A DNA stretch of 14,390 bases from Candidatus Aenigmatarchaeota archaeon (GCA_043808015.1 JAZDFI010000001.1:1-14390); one strand, 5' to 3'. Counted from the first letter of the stretch, positions 1-8,013 are shown. The notes: generated by a model not told the origin, from the sequence alone. Program-made: numbers and translations.

Positions 1-125
1 TGCCGCGCTTTTCTTAAATACAAATTATATCTGACGATGTTGAACAAAGGAAGGCGACGTTATAGCATTTAAAATTTGGCAGCCATAGATATTATTAATG
101 CGTTTTAGGTACGCTGGTGTGCATA

Positions 126-929
126 ATGTCGAGGAAACTGATTGAAGCTGCTTTGTTCATGTCGTCTAGGACGATGAGCGCCGACGAGATAGCGAAAGTC
201 ACTGGAGTCACTCCGAGGAATGTCGAGAAGACGCTCGACGCGATCGTCAAGGAATACGCCAGCGAAGGGAAGGGAGTCGAAGTCGTGCGCAACCCCGAGG
301 GCTGGGAGATGCGCGTCAAGCCCGACGTGCTGCCGAAAGTCGCCCATTTAACGCCTTATTCTGATTTAAGGGACGGCCATAAGCGCACGCTGGCCCTGGT
401 TGTTTACAAAGAGCCGGTCAAGCAGAGCCACGTCGTGGAGATACAGGGCAACAAAGCGTATGCGTACATCAAGAAGCTGAGGAAGAAGGGCCTGCTGAAA
501 GCCGAGAAAGAAGGGCGCACTGTCAAGCTTTCCGTCACCAAGGAATTCGAGCGCTATTTCGGTCTGGACAGGTCGAAGATAAAGGAGATGCTCCACAACG
601 GGCTGCAGGCGGCGAAGGCCAAAGACCAGGCCAATGAGCAGGCGTCGCTCGCCAGGATGACGAAGCCCGAAGCGAGACCAGCGAATCTTGCCAGTTTCGC
701 GACAGAGAAGCGAACCATCGAATCCGCTTCGCCAGCGACGCCTCCGACGAACTTCCAGTACGTAGAGACGAAGCCGGTCGCTTCGAAGCCGACTGAGACG
801 AAGCCCGCTGTTCCGATGCCAGCCGCTGACAAAGCGCCTGAGAAGATGCCTGTGCGCGTCGCTTCAAGACGCTCGAAGAAGGCGACGCCCGCGGGCAAGA
901 TAGGGACTAACAGGCCAGTCGCAGAATAG
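126..929 (+). CDS. scpB: SMC-Scp complex subunit ScpB (tandem winged-helix) with a long low-complexity C-terminal extension
   Basis: LIEAALF at the N-terminus, then GVEVV..EGWEMRVKP, TLALVVYKEPVKQSHVVEIQG, AYIKKLRKKGLL and VTKEFERYFGL, all typical ScpB motifs. ATG 126 preferred over GTG 117 because GGTG (116-119) is positioned as an SD. Confidence 0.93.
   Translation: MSRKLIEAALFMSSRTMSADEIAKVTGVTPRNVEKTLDAIVKEYASEGKGVEVVRNPEGWEMRVKPDVLPKVAHLTPYSDLRDGHKRTLALVVYKEPVKQSHVVEIQGNKAYAYIKKLRKKGLLKAEKEGRTVKLSVTKEFERYFGLDRSKIKEMLHNGLQAAKAKDQANEQASLARMTKPEARPANLASFATEKRTIESASPATPPTNFQYVETKPVASKPTETKPAVPMPAADKAPEKMPVRVASRRSKKATPAGKIGTNRPVAE
765..809 (+). repeat. 3 x 15-bp imperfect tandem repeat within the scpB tail (ETKPV/ASKPT/ETKPA)
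   Basis: gagacgaagccggtc / gcttcgaagccgact / gagacgaagcccgct read directly at 765, 780 and 795. Confidence 0.8.
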
Positions 930-977
930 ACGAAAGGAAAGAAACTGCTTTTATTGTTTTGCATTGAATTATGTTTC

Positions 978-2093
978 ATGAAAATCCCCATCGCCATCGT
1001 CGGCGGAGGGCCGGCGGGAGCGCATCTCGGCTACTGCCTGGCGAAACAGGGCATAAAGGCGACTATTTTTGACGATTCCCATCCGCGCGAGAAGCCGTGC
1101 GGCGGCGGGATAACGGCGCTGGCTTTGAAGAAATTCACTTTGCTGCACGGGCTGCATTACGACGACAACGACGACTGGCTGAGGCTCGTTTCGCCTGACG
1201 GCAAGGAAGCGCTGGTCACGGGAGACGAGGAGACATCGGCTTTTTCGAGAAAGCGCATGGACATGTTCATTCTGAAAAAAGCGATTGACGCTGGTTCGAA
1301 TCTTGTTGAGGAGAGGGTAGTCGATTTCAAAAGGGATGGGGACGTCTGGAAAATAAAGACGAACAAGGGCGCATACGAAGCGGACGTGCTTGTAGGAGCG
1401 GACGGGGTGAACAGTCTGGTGAGGCGAAAGCTCATCGGCCCGATACCCAAAGAGCATCTGGGCGTATGCCTTGGCGTTTTCGCGAAGAGCCCTAGGCACG
1501 CCGAAGAAATGACGACCATCCAGTTCCTTAAAGGGATGGAAGGCTACGCGTGGCTCTTCCCGCGCGAAGAGGACCTGAGCATAGGTGTCGGGACTGTTCT
1601 GGAAAACGGAAAACACCTGAAGGCGGAACTGGATAAATTCATGAAAAAATACGCCAGCCACACGAAGACGCTGTCGAGCTGGGGCGCGATGCTGCCCATG
1701 CCGAAAGACGAGGGCTTTTTGCAGCTGCCGACCGCGGGAGACGATTGGCTGCTGATTGGCGACGCGGCAGGGCATGTCGACCCCATGATGGGCGCGGGCA
1801 TAGCTTACGCGCTGTGGGGAGCCGAGCTCGCCGCGAAAGCGATCGCTGCAGGCGATATCGCAAGCTACGAGCGCATGTGGCGCAGCGAATATGGCCACTA
1901 CATACGCGAGGGCATTAAGATGCGAAACCTGATTTCTCACAAGACCATGCTGGAGATTTTCATACGCCTCTCCGCGAGGAGCAGGACTTTCGGGAATGTA
2001 ATGTGCGGCCTGGTCGACAGCGAGCAGGACTACAGGACTGTGTGGAAAGTCATTCTGAAGAGCGCGCCCAGGATTTTATACGAGCTCATCTGA
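978..2093 (+). CDS. Geranylgeranyl reductase family FAD-dependent oxidoreductase
   Basis: IVGGGPAG dinucleotide-binding motif, REKPCGGGI, GADGVNS, GYAWLFP (YxWxFP) and IGDAAGHVDPMMGAGI. ATG 978 directly precedes the first beta strand. Substrate not determinable. Confidence 0.88.
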   Translation: MKIPIAIVGGGPAGAHLGYCLAKQGIKATIFDDSHPREKPCGGGITALALKKFTLLHGLHYDDNDDWLRLVSPDGKEALVTGDEETSAFSRKRMDMFILKKAIDAGSNLVEERVVDFKRDGDVWKIKTNKGAYEADVLVGADGVNSLVRRKLIGPIPKEHLGVCLGVFAKSPRHAEEMTTIQFLKGMEGYAWLFPREEDLSIGVGTVLENGKHLKAELDKFMKKYASHTKTLSSWGAMLPMPKDEGFLQLPTAGDDWLLIGDAAGHVDPMMGAGIAYALWGAELAAKAIAAGDIASYERMWRSEYGHYIREGIKMRNLISHKTMLEIFIRLSARSRTFGNVMCGLVDSEQDYRTVWKVILKSAPRILYELI

Positions 2094-2106
2094 TTACAAA
2101 TTAACC

Positions 2107-2114
2107 AATATAAG
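2107..2114 (+). promoter_or_regulatory. Putative TATA box for a leaderless transcript of the surface protein
   Basis: AATATAAG lies 23-30 nt upstream of ATG 2137, with no SD in between. Confidence 0.45.
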
Positions 2115-2136
2115 AGGGCTCGGCCAAGATTAACTT

Positions 2137-4752
2137 ATGAGGAGTTGGATTTTAGCAGTAGCGTTCGCAATAGCTTTCGCTGCGCTGCCCGGATACGCGG
2201 CCGCTCAGGATTGCTCTCCGCCGCCGACGGGCGACTGGCTGATATACGAGACAGCAGTCTGCTCATCCCAGACCATCGTCCTCAACGGCAGCCTTCTTAT
2301 TAACGGTACAGGCAACCTCACGCTCGAGAACTCGATTCTCAGTTTTAACTCGAACTCCAATGGCCAGTTCGGCATCGACGTCAACGGGTCGCTGAATATC
2401 GTTGGCTCGACCATACGCAACGAATCATTCGCAGCTTATACGTTCGTATCTAACACGGGCGCGAACCTCTCGATGCGCGATTCGTCCGTGAGCGGCTGCG
2501 GCTTCAGCTCCAACGACAACAAGATGAGAGGCGTTTACATCAAATCGTCAGGCACGTCGATTTCGAATGTCACTTTCTCTGGCGATTATTACGCCATTCT
2601 GCTTTACGCCTCGGGCAGCAGCGTGACGAACAGCGTGTTCACGTCCAATTACGTCGGCATCGAAGTCTCGGGCTCGAACAACATCATATCCGGCAACACG
2701 CTCGCCTCGAACAGCTGGGGCAACATCGCCGGCATGGCCGGCAGCGGCATAACACTCTCCTCGAACGTCCTGGCCAACAGCAGCTCCACATTTTTTCCCG
2801 CGTTCCTGATAAACAACTCGCTGATAAGCTCCAACACGTTTTTCAACAACAGCGGCGGAGGCTTTGGCGTGAGCGGCGCGGGCAACAACTTGACCGGCAA
2901 CAGGATAGAGGCGAACAAGGGCACATACGGCATCATGCTAGCCAACTCCGCCAACAGCAGAATCACGGGCAACGTTATAATAGGCAACACGGGCCACGGC
3001 CTTTACATCGACACCACTTCTAACACGCTGCTGGAGAACAACTTTGTAAACGCGAGCGGCATATACGACATGTGGATGAAATCAGCCGGCGCCACGACCA
3101 TCATCAACACGACGTACGCTTTCGCCATCCGCAAGTGGCAGCTTAGCGTGCGCGCAGTCGATAACGCGAGCAGCGCCATAAACGCCGCGCAGGTCGTGGT
3201 CATGAGCAACCTGTCCGGAATCGTGTTTTCAGGCAACACAAACGCACAAGGCTACATAACGTCTCAAGTGCTCAATGAAAAAATCGAGAACGCGAGCGGC
3301 GTTTTCCTTTTCAATCCCTATTCAGTCAACGTGAGCAAAGCGGGATACGCATCGAATTACACGGAGTTCAACCTGACCAGCGATTCGTCGCTGGCGCTAG
3401 CGCTAACTCCCATACCAACGAACGAATCGAACGCCAGTTTCATCGTTTCCATAGCATCCCCCAGGAACGAGACGTACATGAAATACAACCTGACCGTCAA
3501 TGCGACGTTAGCGCTTTCCGTCTACAGCGACAGCGACATGGCCTCGTGCAACTACGCCATAGGCAGCATGTCCGGAGCGATGACGGCGGTCGGCTCCACC
3601 ATGTTCACCGGGTACATTAACGTTTCCGACATGGAGGGCGGCGAGGAAGTGGTGTTCACCTGCATCTCGATGACGAACGTGACCAACACGACCAGCGTTT
3701 CCTTCACGGTATATCCCAGCTACGAATGCGTGTGGCCGGCCGACTGCAACGACGAGCAGACTTGCCTCGCCTGGGAATGCCAGGATCTGGAGTGCAACTG
3801 CGGCTACGCCTCCGACCACCAGTGCGTATATTACGACTGCTGTTCCGATGGCGTCTGCTCGGGCACGCAGGTCTGTGACCTGGCGACTCACGCGTGCAAG
3901 GCCGTCAGCTGCGCATGCCCGGAGAAGATAAGCAGCCACAAGTGCGACATGGACATAGGCTACTGCTGCAGCGACCTGCAGTGCGGCGAGAACGAAACGT
4001 GCTCTTCCGCTAACGAATGCGTCGAGAGGATGCTTTCCATGGCGATGCCCGGCAGCTTCGAGGTGGGCCAGAAATTCTCGCTGAAGGTCGTGGACCAGAA
4101 CTACGAGCCCGTCGACGGGGTCAGGATACTCGTCAAATACCTCGACACGGACCCGGTGGACGAGGACGAATACGAGACCGACAGCAGCGGCACGGCCGCG
4201 ATAGAGATAAAGCACCCGGGGCGCGTCGACTTCACCGCGAGGAAGGGCGGCTATTTCCTGGACAGCTCGTCCGTGAAAGTGCCTGAGCCTTTCGACTTCA
4301 TCCTTCTGCTCGAAGTCATAGTTCTTATAGCATCGTGCGGCGGCATAGCTTTCGCCGTTCTCAGGATAATGAAAAGCAGGAAAGCCGCAGCTTCGCCCGT
4401 AAGGGAAGGGGTGACGATGAAGTCCGGCGGAGAGAAGCGGTTCTCTTTATCGTTAGGCGGCGGCCCGCTGAAGCTGGAGAAGACGGTGAGCGGCCCGCGC
4501 GTGATGCTGAAGATACGCAACAAGACGAACAAAACCCTGGAGGACATAATCGTGCGCGATTCCGTCCCGCGCGGCGCTTTCATGCGCTGCAGCCTCAAGC
4601 CCAAGATAGAGCCGTTCGACGAGTCGACCGAGACGCTCACATGGGAAATCCTCGAGCTCGCGCCCATGGAAGAGGTTATAATCGAGTACGACACGAAGGT
4701 CGCCAGCAAGGGATTCGCGGTCAAGTTCAACGACAAGGAATACACGGGATGA
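2137..4752 (+). CDS. Membrane-anchored cell-surface glycoprotein: signal peptide, right-handed parallel beta-helix (NosD/CASH-like) repeats, beta-sandwich domains, Cys-rich repeats, TM helix, C-terminal DUF11-like domain
   Basis: Hydrophobic signal ending AAA|QD. Repeated S-N-N-x-I-S-G-N-type beta-helix rungs. About 28 NxS/T sequons before the TM (manual count). 20 Cys in 3721-4020. TM FILLLEVIVLIASCGGIAFAVL followed by RIMKSRK. Confidence 0.85.
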   Translation: MRSWILAVAFAIAFAALPGYAAAQDCSPPPTGDWLIYETAVCSSQTIVLNGSLLINGTGNLTLENSILSFNSNSNGQFGIDVNGSLNIVGSTIRNESFAAYTFVSNTGANLSMRDSSVSGCGFSSNDNKMRGVYIKSSGTSISNVTFSGDYYAILLYASGSSVTNSVFTSNYVGIEVSGSNNIISGNTLASNSWGNIAGMAGSGITLSSNVLANSSSTFFPAFLINNSLISSNTFFNNSGGGFGVSGAGNNLTGNRIEANKGTYGIMLANSANSRITGNVIIGNTGHGLYIDTTSNTLLENNFVNASGIYDMWMKSAGATTIINTTYAFAIRKWQLSVRAVDNASSAINAAQVVVMSNLSGIVFSGNTNAQGYITSQVLNEKIENASGVFLFNPYSVNVSKAGYASNYTEFNLTSDSSLALALTPIPTNESNASFIVSIASPRNETYMKYNLTVNATLALSVYSDSDMASCNYAIGSMSGAMTAVGSTMFTGYINVSDMEGGEEVVFTCISMTNVTNTTSVSFTVYPSYECVWPADCNDEQTCLAWECQDLECNCGYASDHQCVYYDCCSDGVCSGTQVCDLATHACKAVSCACPEKISSHKCDMDIGYCCSDLQCGENETCSSANECVERMLSMAMPGSFEVGQKFSLKVVDQNYEPVDGVRILVKYLDTDPVDEDEYETDSSGTAAIEIKHPGRVDFTARKGGYFLDSSSVKVPEPFDFILLLEVIVLIASCGGIAFAVLRIMKSRKAAASPVREGVTMKSGGEKRFSLSLGGGPLKLEKTVSGPRVMLKIRNKTNKTLEDIIVRDSVPRGAFMRCSLKPKIEPFDESTETLTWEILELAPMEEVIIEYDTKVASKGFAVKFNDKEYTG
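3721..4020 (+). repeat. Three degenerate cysteine-rich protein repeats within the surface protein
   Basis: Units begin ECVWPADC, DCCSDGVC and YCCSDLQC, each followed by x5-C-x4-6-C. The first two continue with x4-CxC-x7-8-C. Confidence 0.8.
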
Positions 4753-4765
4753 GCTTTTTCTGTTT
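4753..4765 (+). terminator. Putative archaeal oligo-T terminator
   Basis: GCTTTTTCTGTTT immediately after stop codon 4752. Confidence 0.45.
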
Positions 4766-4776
4766 CCCAAGCGAAC

Positions 4777-4797
4777 GCCTGAAACTTTTTAAATATA
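4777..4797 (+). promoter_or_regulatory. BRE-TATA promoter for rpl34e-rpl14e
   Basis: GAAA (4781-4784) followed by TTTAAATA (4788-4795). SD-like AGGAGTTGA at 4838-4846 downstream. Confidence 0.65.
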
Positions 4798-4851
4798 TAC
4801 ATATGATATAATAGATACGCTAGTGCGTGATGTTCACAGGAGTTGATGAAA

Positions 4852-5127
4852 ATGGTTAAAAGAAGTCTGCGTTCAAGGTCTCTTAGAAAGCTAAAGGTAC
4901 GCGTCCCTGGCGGCAAGACCGTTTTGCGCCACAAAGGCAGGAAAAACGCCTTCGCGAAGTGCGCGGTCTGCAAGCATCCGCTCACAGGCATAACCAGGAA
5001 GACGGATGCCGGGACAGCTAAGCTTTCCAGAAGCGAGAAGCGCCCTGAAAGGAAATTCGGCGGCAACCTTTGCTCGTCATGCTCCAGAAGGGAAATAAGG
5101 AAAAGGCTCTACGAGTCTGTCCAATAG
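4852..5127 (+). CDS. rpl34e: 50S ribosomal protein L34e (eL34)
   Basis: RSRSLRK..VRVPGGKTVLRH, zinc ligands CAVC and CSSC, SEKRPERKFGGNLC. Start 4852 chosen from SD spacing; 4846 is an alternative. Confidence 0.97.
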   Translation: MVKRSLRSRSLRKLKVRVPGGKTVLRHKGRKNAFAKCAVCKHPLTGITRKTDAGTAKLSRSEKRPERKFGGNLCSSCSRREIRKRLYESVQ

Positions 5128-5150
5128 GCGACTATTAGGAGGTTGTTGAT

Positions 5151-5642
5151 ATGTTCGAAATTGGAAGGATATGCATGAAAACCGCCGGCCGCGAAGCCGG
5201 CAAGTATTGCGTGGTCGTCGCGAAAGAGAAGGACAAGGAATTCCTTCTTATAACCGGCCCGAAAGCAGCGACGCACGTCAGGCGCAGGAAGTGCAACTGC
5301 CATCACCTCGAGGCGACGCCCTACAAGGTCGAGATAGCCGAGAACGCGACCGACGAGGAGATAATGAAGGCCTACGAGAAAGACGACATTTTTTCCAGGC
5401 TGAAGATCGTGCCGTTCACGGAAGAGCAGCTTAGATTATCGGCAGAGCGCGCGGCGAAGCACAAGGAAGCGAAACTGGTGCATGCTCACCACGAGCAAAA
5501 AACCGATGTCAAGCACACTGCGTCGAAAGAGCACACGAAAGCGAAGGAACACAAGGAGCACGCCGAGGCGAAGGAGCACAAGCCGGAACACGCTGAAGCG
5601 AAAGCCAAGAAGCCACGCGCTTCCAAGAAAAAGAAAGAGTAA
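5151..5642 (+). CDS. rpl14e: 50S ribosomal protein L14e (eL14) with His/Lys/Glu/Ala-rich C-terminal extension
   Basis: FEIGRICMKTAGREAGKYCVVV...FLLITGPKAATHVRRRKCNCHHLE is the KOW/eL14 signature. SD AGGAGG at 5137-5142. Confidence 0.96.
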   Translation: MFEIGRICMKTAGREAGKYCVVVAKEKDKEFLLITGPKAATHVRRRKCNCHHLEATPYKVEIAENATDEEIMKAYEKDDIFSRLKIVPFTEEQLRLSAERAAKHKEAKLVHAHHEQKTDVKHTASKEHTKAKEHKEHAEAKEHKPEHAEAKAKKPRASKKKKE

Positions 5643-5717
5643 GCTTTTAGCGCCTTTTTTATTTTAACAAGTTTAGCCGTAAGAATAAATCAAAAGAATT
5701 AAAGAAAAAATGAAACC
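5643..5717. terminator. Convergent intergenic region with oligo-T tracts on both strands
   Basis: + strand TTTTTTATTTT at 5655-5665 after rpl14e. + strand AAAGAAAAAA at 5701-5710 gives a T tract after the - strand gene ending at 5718. Confidence 0.6.
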
Positions 5718-6155
5718 TCAGGTCGAGACCAGCACGCCCCCGCCTCTCATGGCGGCAAAGGTGTGCATCACAGACGCTATCGAGTTAAGGATTCCCTGCG
5801 CCTCGCCGAAGTCCATGGTTATCTTGTTCGGCTCGAGAATCTCGATTGCGGACGGCCCGTAGTTCATGGACATGTAAATCAGCTTGTCGAAGCTCTCGGC
5901 CACCAGCTCGACGTCGACTATCTGTGAATAGCCCTTCTCGATGTTGGGCAGCGGCTTTTTGACATCTGCGGTCGGCTTGAACTCCTTCCTGATTATGATC
6001 ACGCCTTTCTCTTTTTCCATCTTCTCGACGTGCTTCTTCAGGGCGGATTCGACAGCCGTTTTGGATATGGCCATCGCCTCTATCATGAAGCCTACCTTTA
6101 TCCATCCGTTCTTCAGGCGCTTCCTGGCTTCCTCTTCGCGTTTTTTCGGGTCCAT
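5718..6155 (-). CDS. Conserved archaeal hypothetical protein (YGPSAIEILEP motif; probable alpha/beta sandwich)
   Basis: 145-aa ORF with SD-like GGGATGA upstream. The motifs IE...., YSQIVDVEL and YGPSAIEILEP resemble an uncharacterised archaeal family as I recall it; not verified by search. Confidence 0.8.
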   Translation of the reverse strand: MDPKKREEEARKRLKNGWIKVGFMIEAMAISKTAVESALKKHVEKMEKEKGVIIIRKEFKPTADVKKPLPNIEKGYSQIVDVELVAESFDKLIYMSMNYGPSAIEILEPNKITMDFGEAQGILNSIASVMHTFAAMRGGGVLVST

Positions 6156-6179
6156 ATTAATTCATCCCGCTTGTTCAAT

Positions 6180-6962
6180 TTAAGCTTTTCCGGAGGTCTT
6201 GGCAACCTTCCTCGCCACGAATATCATCTTCTCGTTCTGCCTGCCCATGTCGTAGGGTTCGGATGCGTAGTTCGCGTATACCCTCATCACTTTGAATCCG
6301 GCCGCGTCCAGCATCTTCCAGGCCTGGTCGTGCGTGAGGTATCTCAGCTTGAACTTCTTGTTTATCATGCGCCTTTTGCCGCGGCCTTCTATGACGATCC
6401 TGAACCAGCCGTCGTTCACCTGGTTGTTGCCGAAGACGGTCTTGCCGTATTTCCTCATGGTCCTGCCCTTTCCATCGCTGGTCTCGGTCTGCAGCACGAA
6501 CCTCCCCTGCACGTAGTTAGGGTCGGCTTCGAATATGTCTATTATGAAGACGCCATTCGCTTTCAGATGCATGCCGACGCGCCTGAAAAACTTCATTATG
6601 TCGGCGTCGTTTTGCAGATGGTAGAGCGAATTGAAGGCGATTACGCAGGTCCTGAACTTGCGCGGCGAGCCGAACGTGCGCATGTCCTTGCGCTCGAACG
6701 TGATTCGCTTTCTTACGTTGTCAGGCAGCTTGCGCAGCTTTTTGTCGAGCACGGCCAGCATCTCCTTGCTCGTGTCTATGCCGTGGATTTCGAAGCCGGC
6801 TTTCGCCAGCGGAATCATGACCCTTCCCGTCCCGCAGGCGCATTCTAGAACCGGCCCGCCGTATTCCCTCACGAGCCTGGTCAGCAAAGGCAAGTCCTTG
6901 CTCTGGCCCTGCGCGGTGTAAAGCGCGTCGTAAATGTCGGCCCAGTCTTTGTACATTTTCAT
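6180..6962 (-). CDS. Class I SAM-dependent methyltransferase
   Basis: ADIYDALY, motif I VLECACGTGR, GIDTSKEML, DMRTF, FNSLYHL, HLKANGVFIID. True start at ATG 6962 overlaps the upstream TGA (ATGA) and has SD-like GAGGCGA. Confidence 0.92.
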   Translation of the reverse strand: MKMYKDWADIYDALYTAQGQSKDLPLLTRLVREYGGPVLECACGTGRVMIPLAKAGFEIHGIDTSKEMLAVLDKKLRKLPDNVRKRITFERKDMRTFGSPRKFRTCVIAFNSLYHLQNDADIMKFFRRVGMHLKANGVFIIDIFEADPNYVQGRFVLQTETSDGKGRTMRKYGKTVFGNNQVNDGWFRIVIEGRGKRRMINKKFKLRYLTHDQAWKMLDAAGFKVMRVYANYASEPYDMGRQNEKMIFVARKVAKTSGKA

Positions 6963-7993
6963 GTTTCGCCTCTCGTCCATTTCATTCCCTTCAGGTCCAC
7001 GCGCTCCCCGCACTTCGGGCATTCGCTCGCTAGCGAGAGCACGTCGAATCCGGCGCGTTTTATGACCAGCGAGCCGCATTTCCAGCACCACGTCGATTCG
7101 TGTTCGCTTCGTACGTTGCCGGCGTAGATCCACTTCATCCCTTTTTTGCGCGCTATCGCAACCGCCCTCTCCAGCGTCGCCGCCGTCGTGGCCGGCGCTT
7201 TCGTCATTTTGTACTGCGGGTAAAACGCCGAGAAGTGAAGCGGAACGCCGGTCCCAAGATTCTTCCCAACCCACTCAACAAGATTCGTTATCGCCTTGTC
7301 TGAATCATTATATCCCGGACTAATAAGATTCGTAATCTCGAGCCACACGCCGTTCTTCTTGTAGGCTTTCAGCGCCTCGAACACGGGCGCAATGCCTAAA
7401 CCTCCGCAAACCTTTTTGTAGAATCCATCGTCGCCTTTCAGGTCGACGTTCACGGCGTCGAGATATTTCGCCATTCGCTTTATCGCCAGCGGGTTCGTGT
7501 AGCCGTTCGAAACCCATACATTATACAGGCCCGCCTTGCGCGCGAGTTTCATGATGTCAAGAGCGTACTCGTAGAAGACTGTCGGCTCGGTATAAGTGTA
7601 CGCGATACCAGCGACGTTCTCGCGCTTCGCCAGCGCCACGACCTCGCGCGGCTCCATCTGCTCGCCGTTTATCGCGCCGTATTCCTGCGAGATGCCGGAG
7701 TTCTGGCAGAACTTGCAACATAGATTGCAGCCCACAGTCGCCAGCGAGAGACATCGTGACCCCGGCGCGAAATGGAACAGCGGCTTCTTCTCGACCGGGT
7801 CGACTGCTATCGTCACAGGATGGCCGTACACGAGAGAGCGCAGCCGTCCGTCGAAGTTCGCCCTCACGCGGCAATGCCCTGTCTTTTTCTCGGGGATTGT
7901 GCACATCCACGGGCACAGCTCGCACTTCACAGCCTTGTTTTTCCCAGCGAGTTTTTTGTAGAACAGCGCTTCCTTCCTATCGCTAGCAGTCAT
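6959..7993 (-). CDS. amrS: AmmeMemoRadiSam-system radical SAM enzyme (PFL-activase-like)
   Basis: N-terminal CELCPWMC...GHCRVR, DPVEKKPLFHF, radical SAM CxxxCxxC in GCNLCCKFCQN, IAYTYTEP, VSNGY, NVDLK, PLHFSAFYPQY, YAGNV, and C-terminal CWKC/CPKC. Confidence 0.92.
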   Translation of the reverse strand: MTASDRKEALFYKKLAGKNKAVKCELCPWMCTIPEKKTGHCRVRANFDGRLRSLVYGHPVTIAVDPVEKKPLFHFAPGSRCLSLATVGCNLCCKFCQNSGISQEYGAINGEQMEPREVVALAKRENVAGIAYTYTEPTVFYEYALDIMKLARKAGLYNVWVSNGYTNPLAIKRMAKYLDAVNVDLKGDDGFYKKVCGGLGIAPVFEALKAYKKNGVWLEITNLISPGYNDSDKAITNLVEWVGKNLGTGVPLHFSAFYPQYKMTKAPATTAATLERAVAIARKKGMKWIYAGNVRSEHESTWCWKCGSLVIKRAGFDVLSLASECPKCGERVDLKGMKWTRGET

Positions 7994-8013
7994 TGATAAA
8001 GATTGGAAACTGG

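Noticed and set aside
969-1940. 323-aa antisense ORF over the GGR gene, and similar shadows at 3508-4215, 4251-5066, 6030-6848 and 9072-9605
   Set aside because: These lie opposite well-supported genes, have no recognisable motifs, and are expected in GC-rich coding DNA with few antisense stops.
6963-7274. N-terminal 104 codons of the 364-aa methyltransferase ORF, suggesting a long overlap with amrS
   Set aside because: It is an Arg-rich off-frame read through amrS. Methyltransferase homology, the SD and the ATGA coupling all place the start at 6962.
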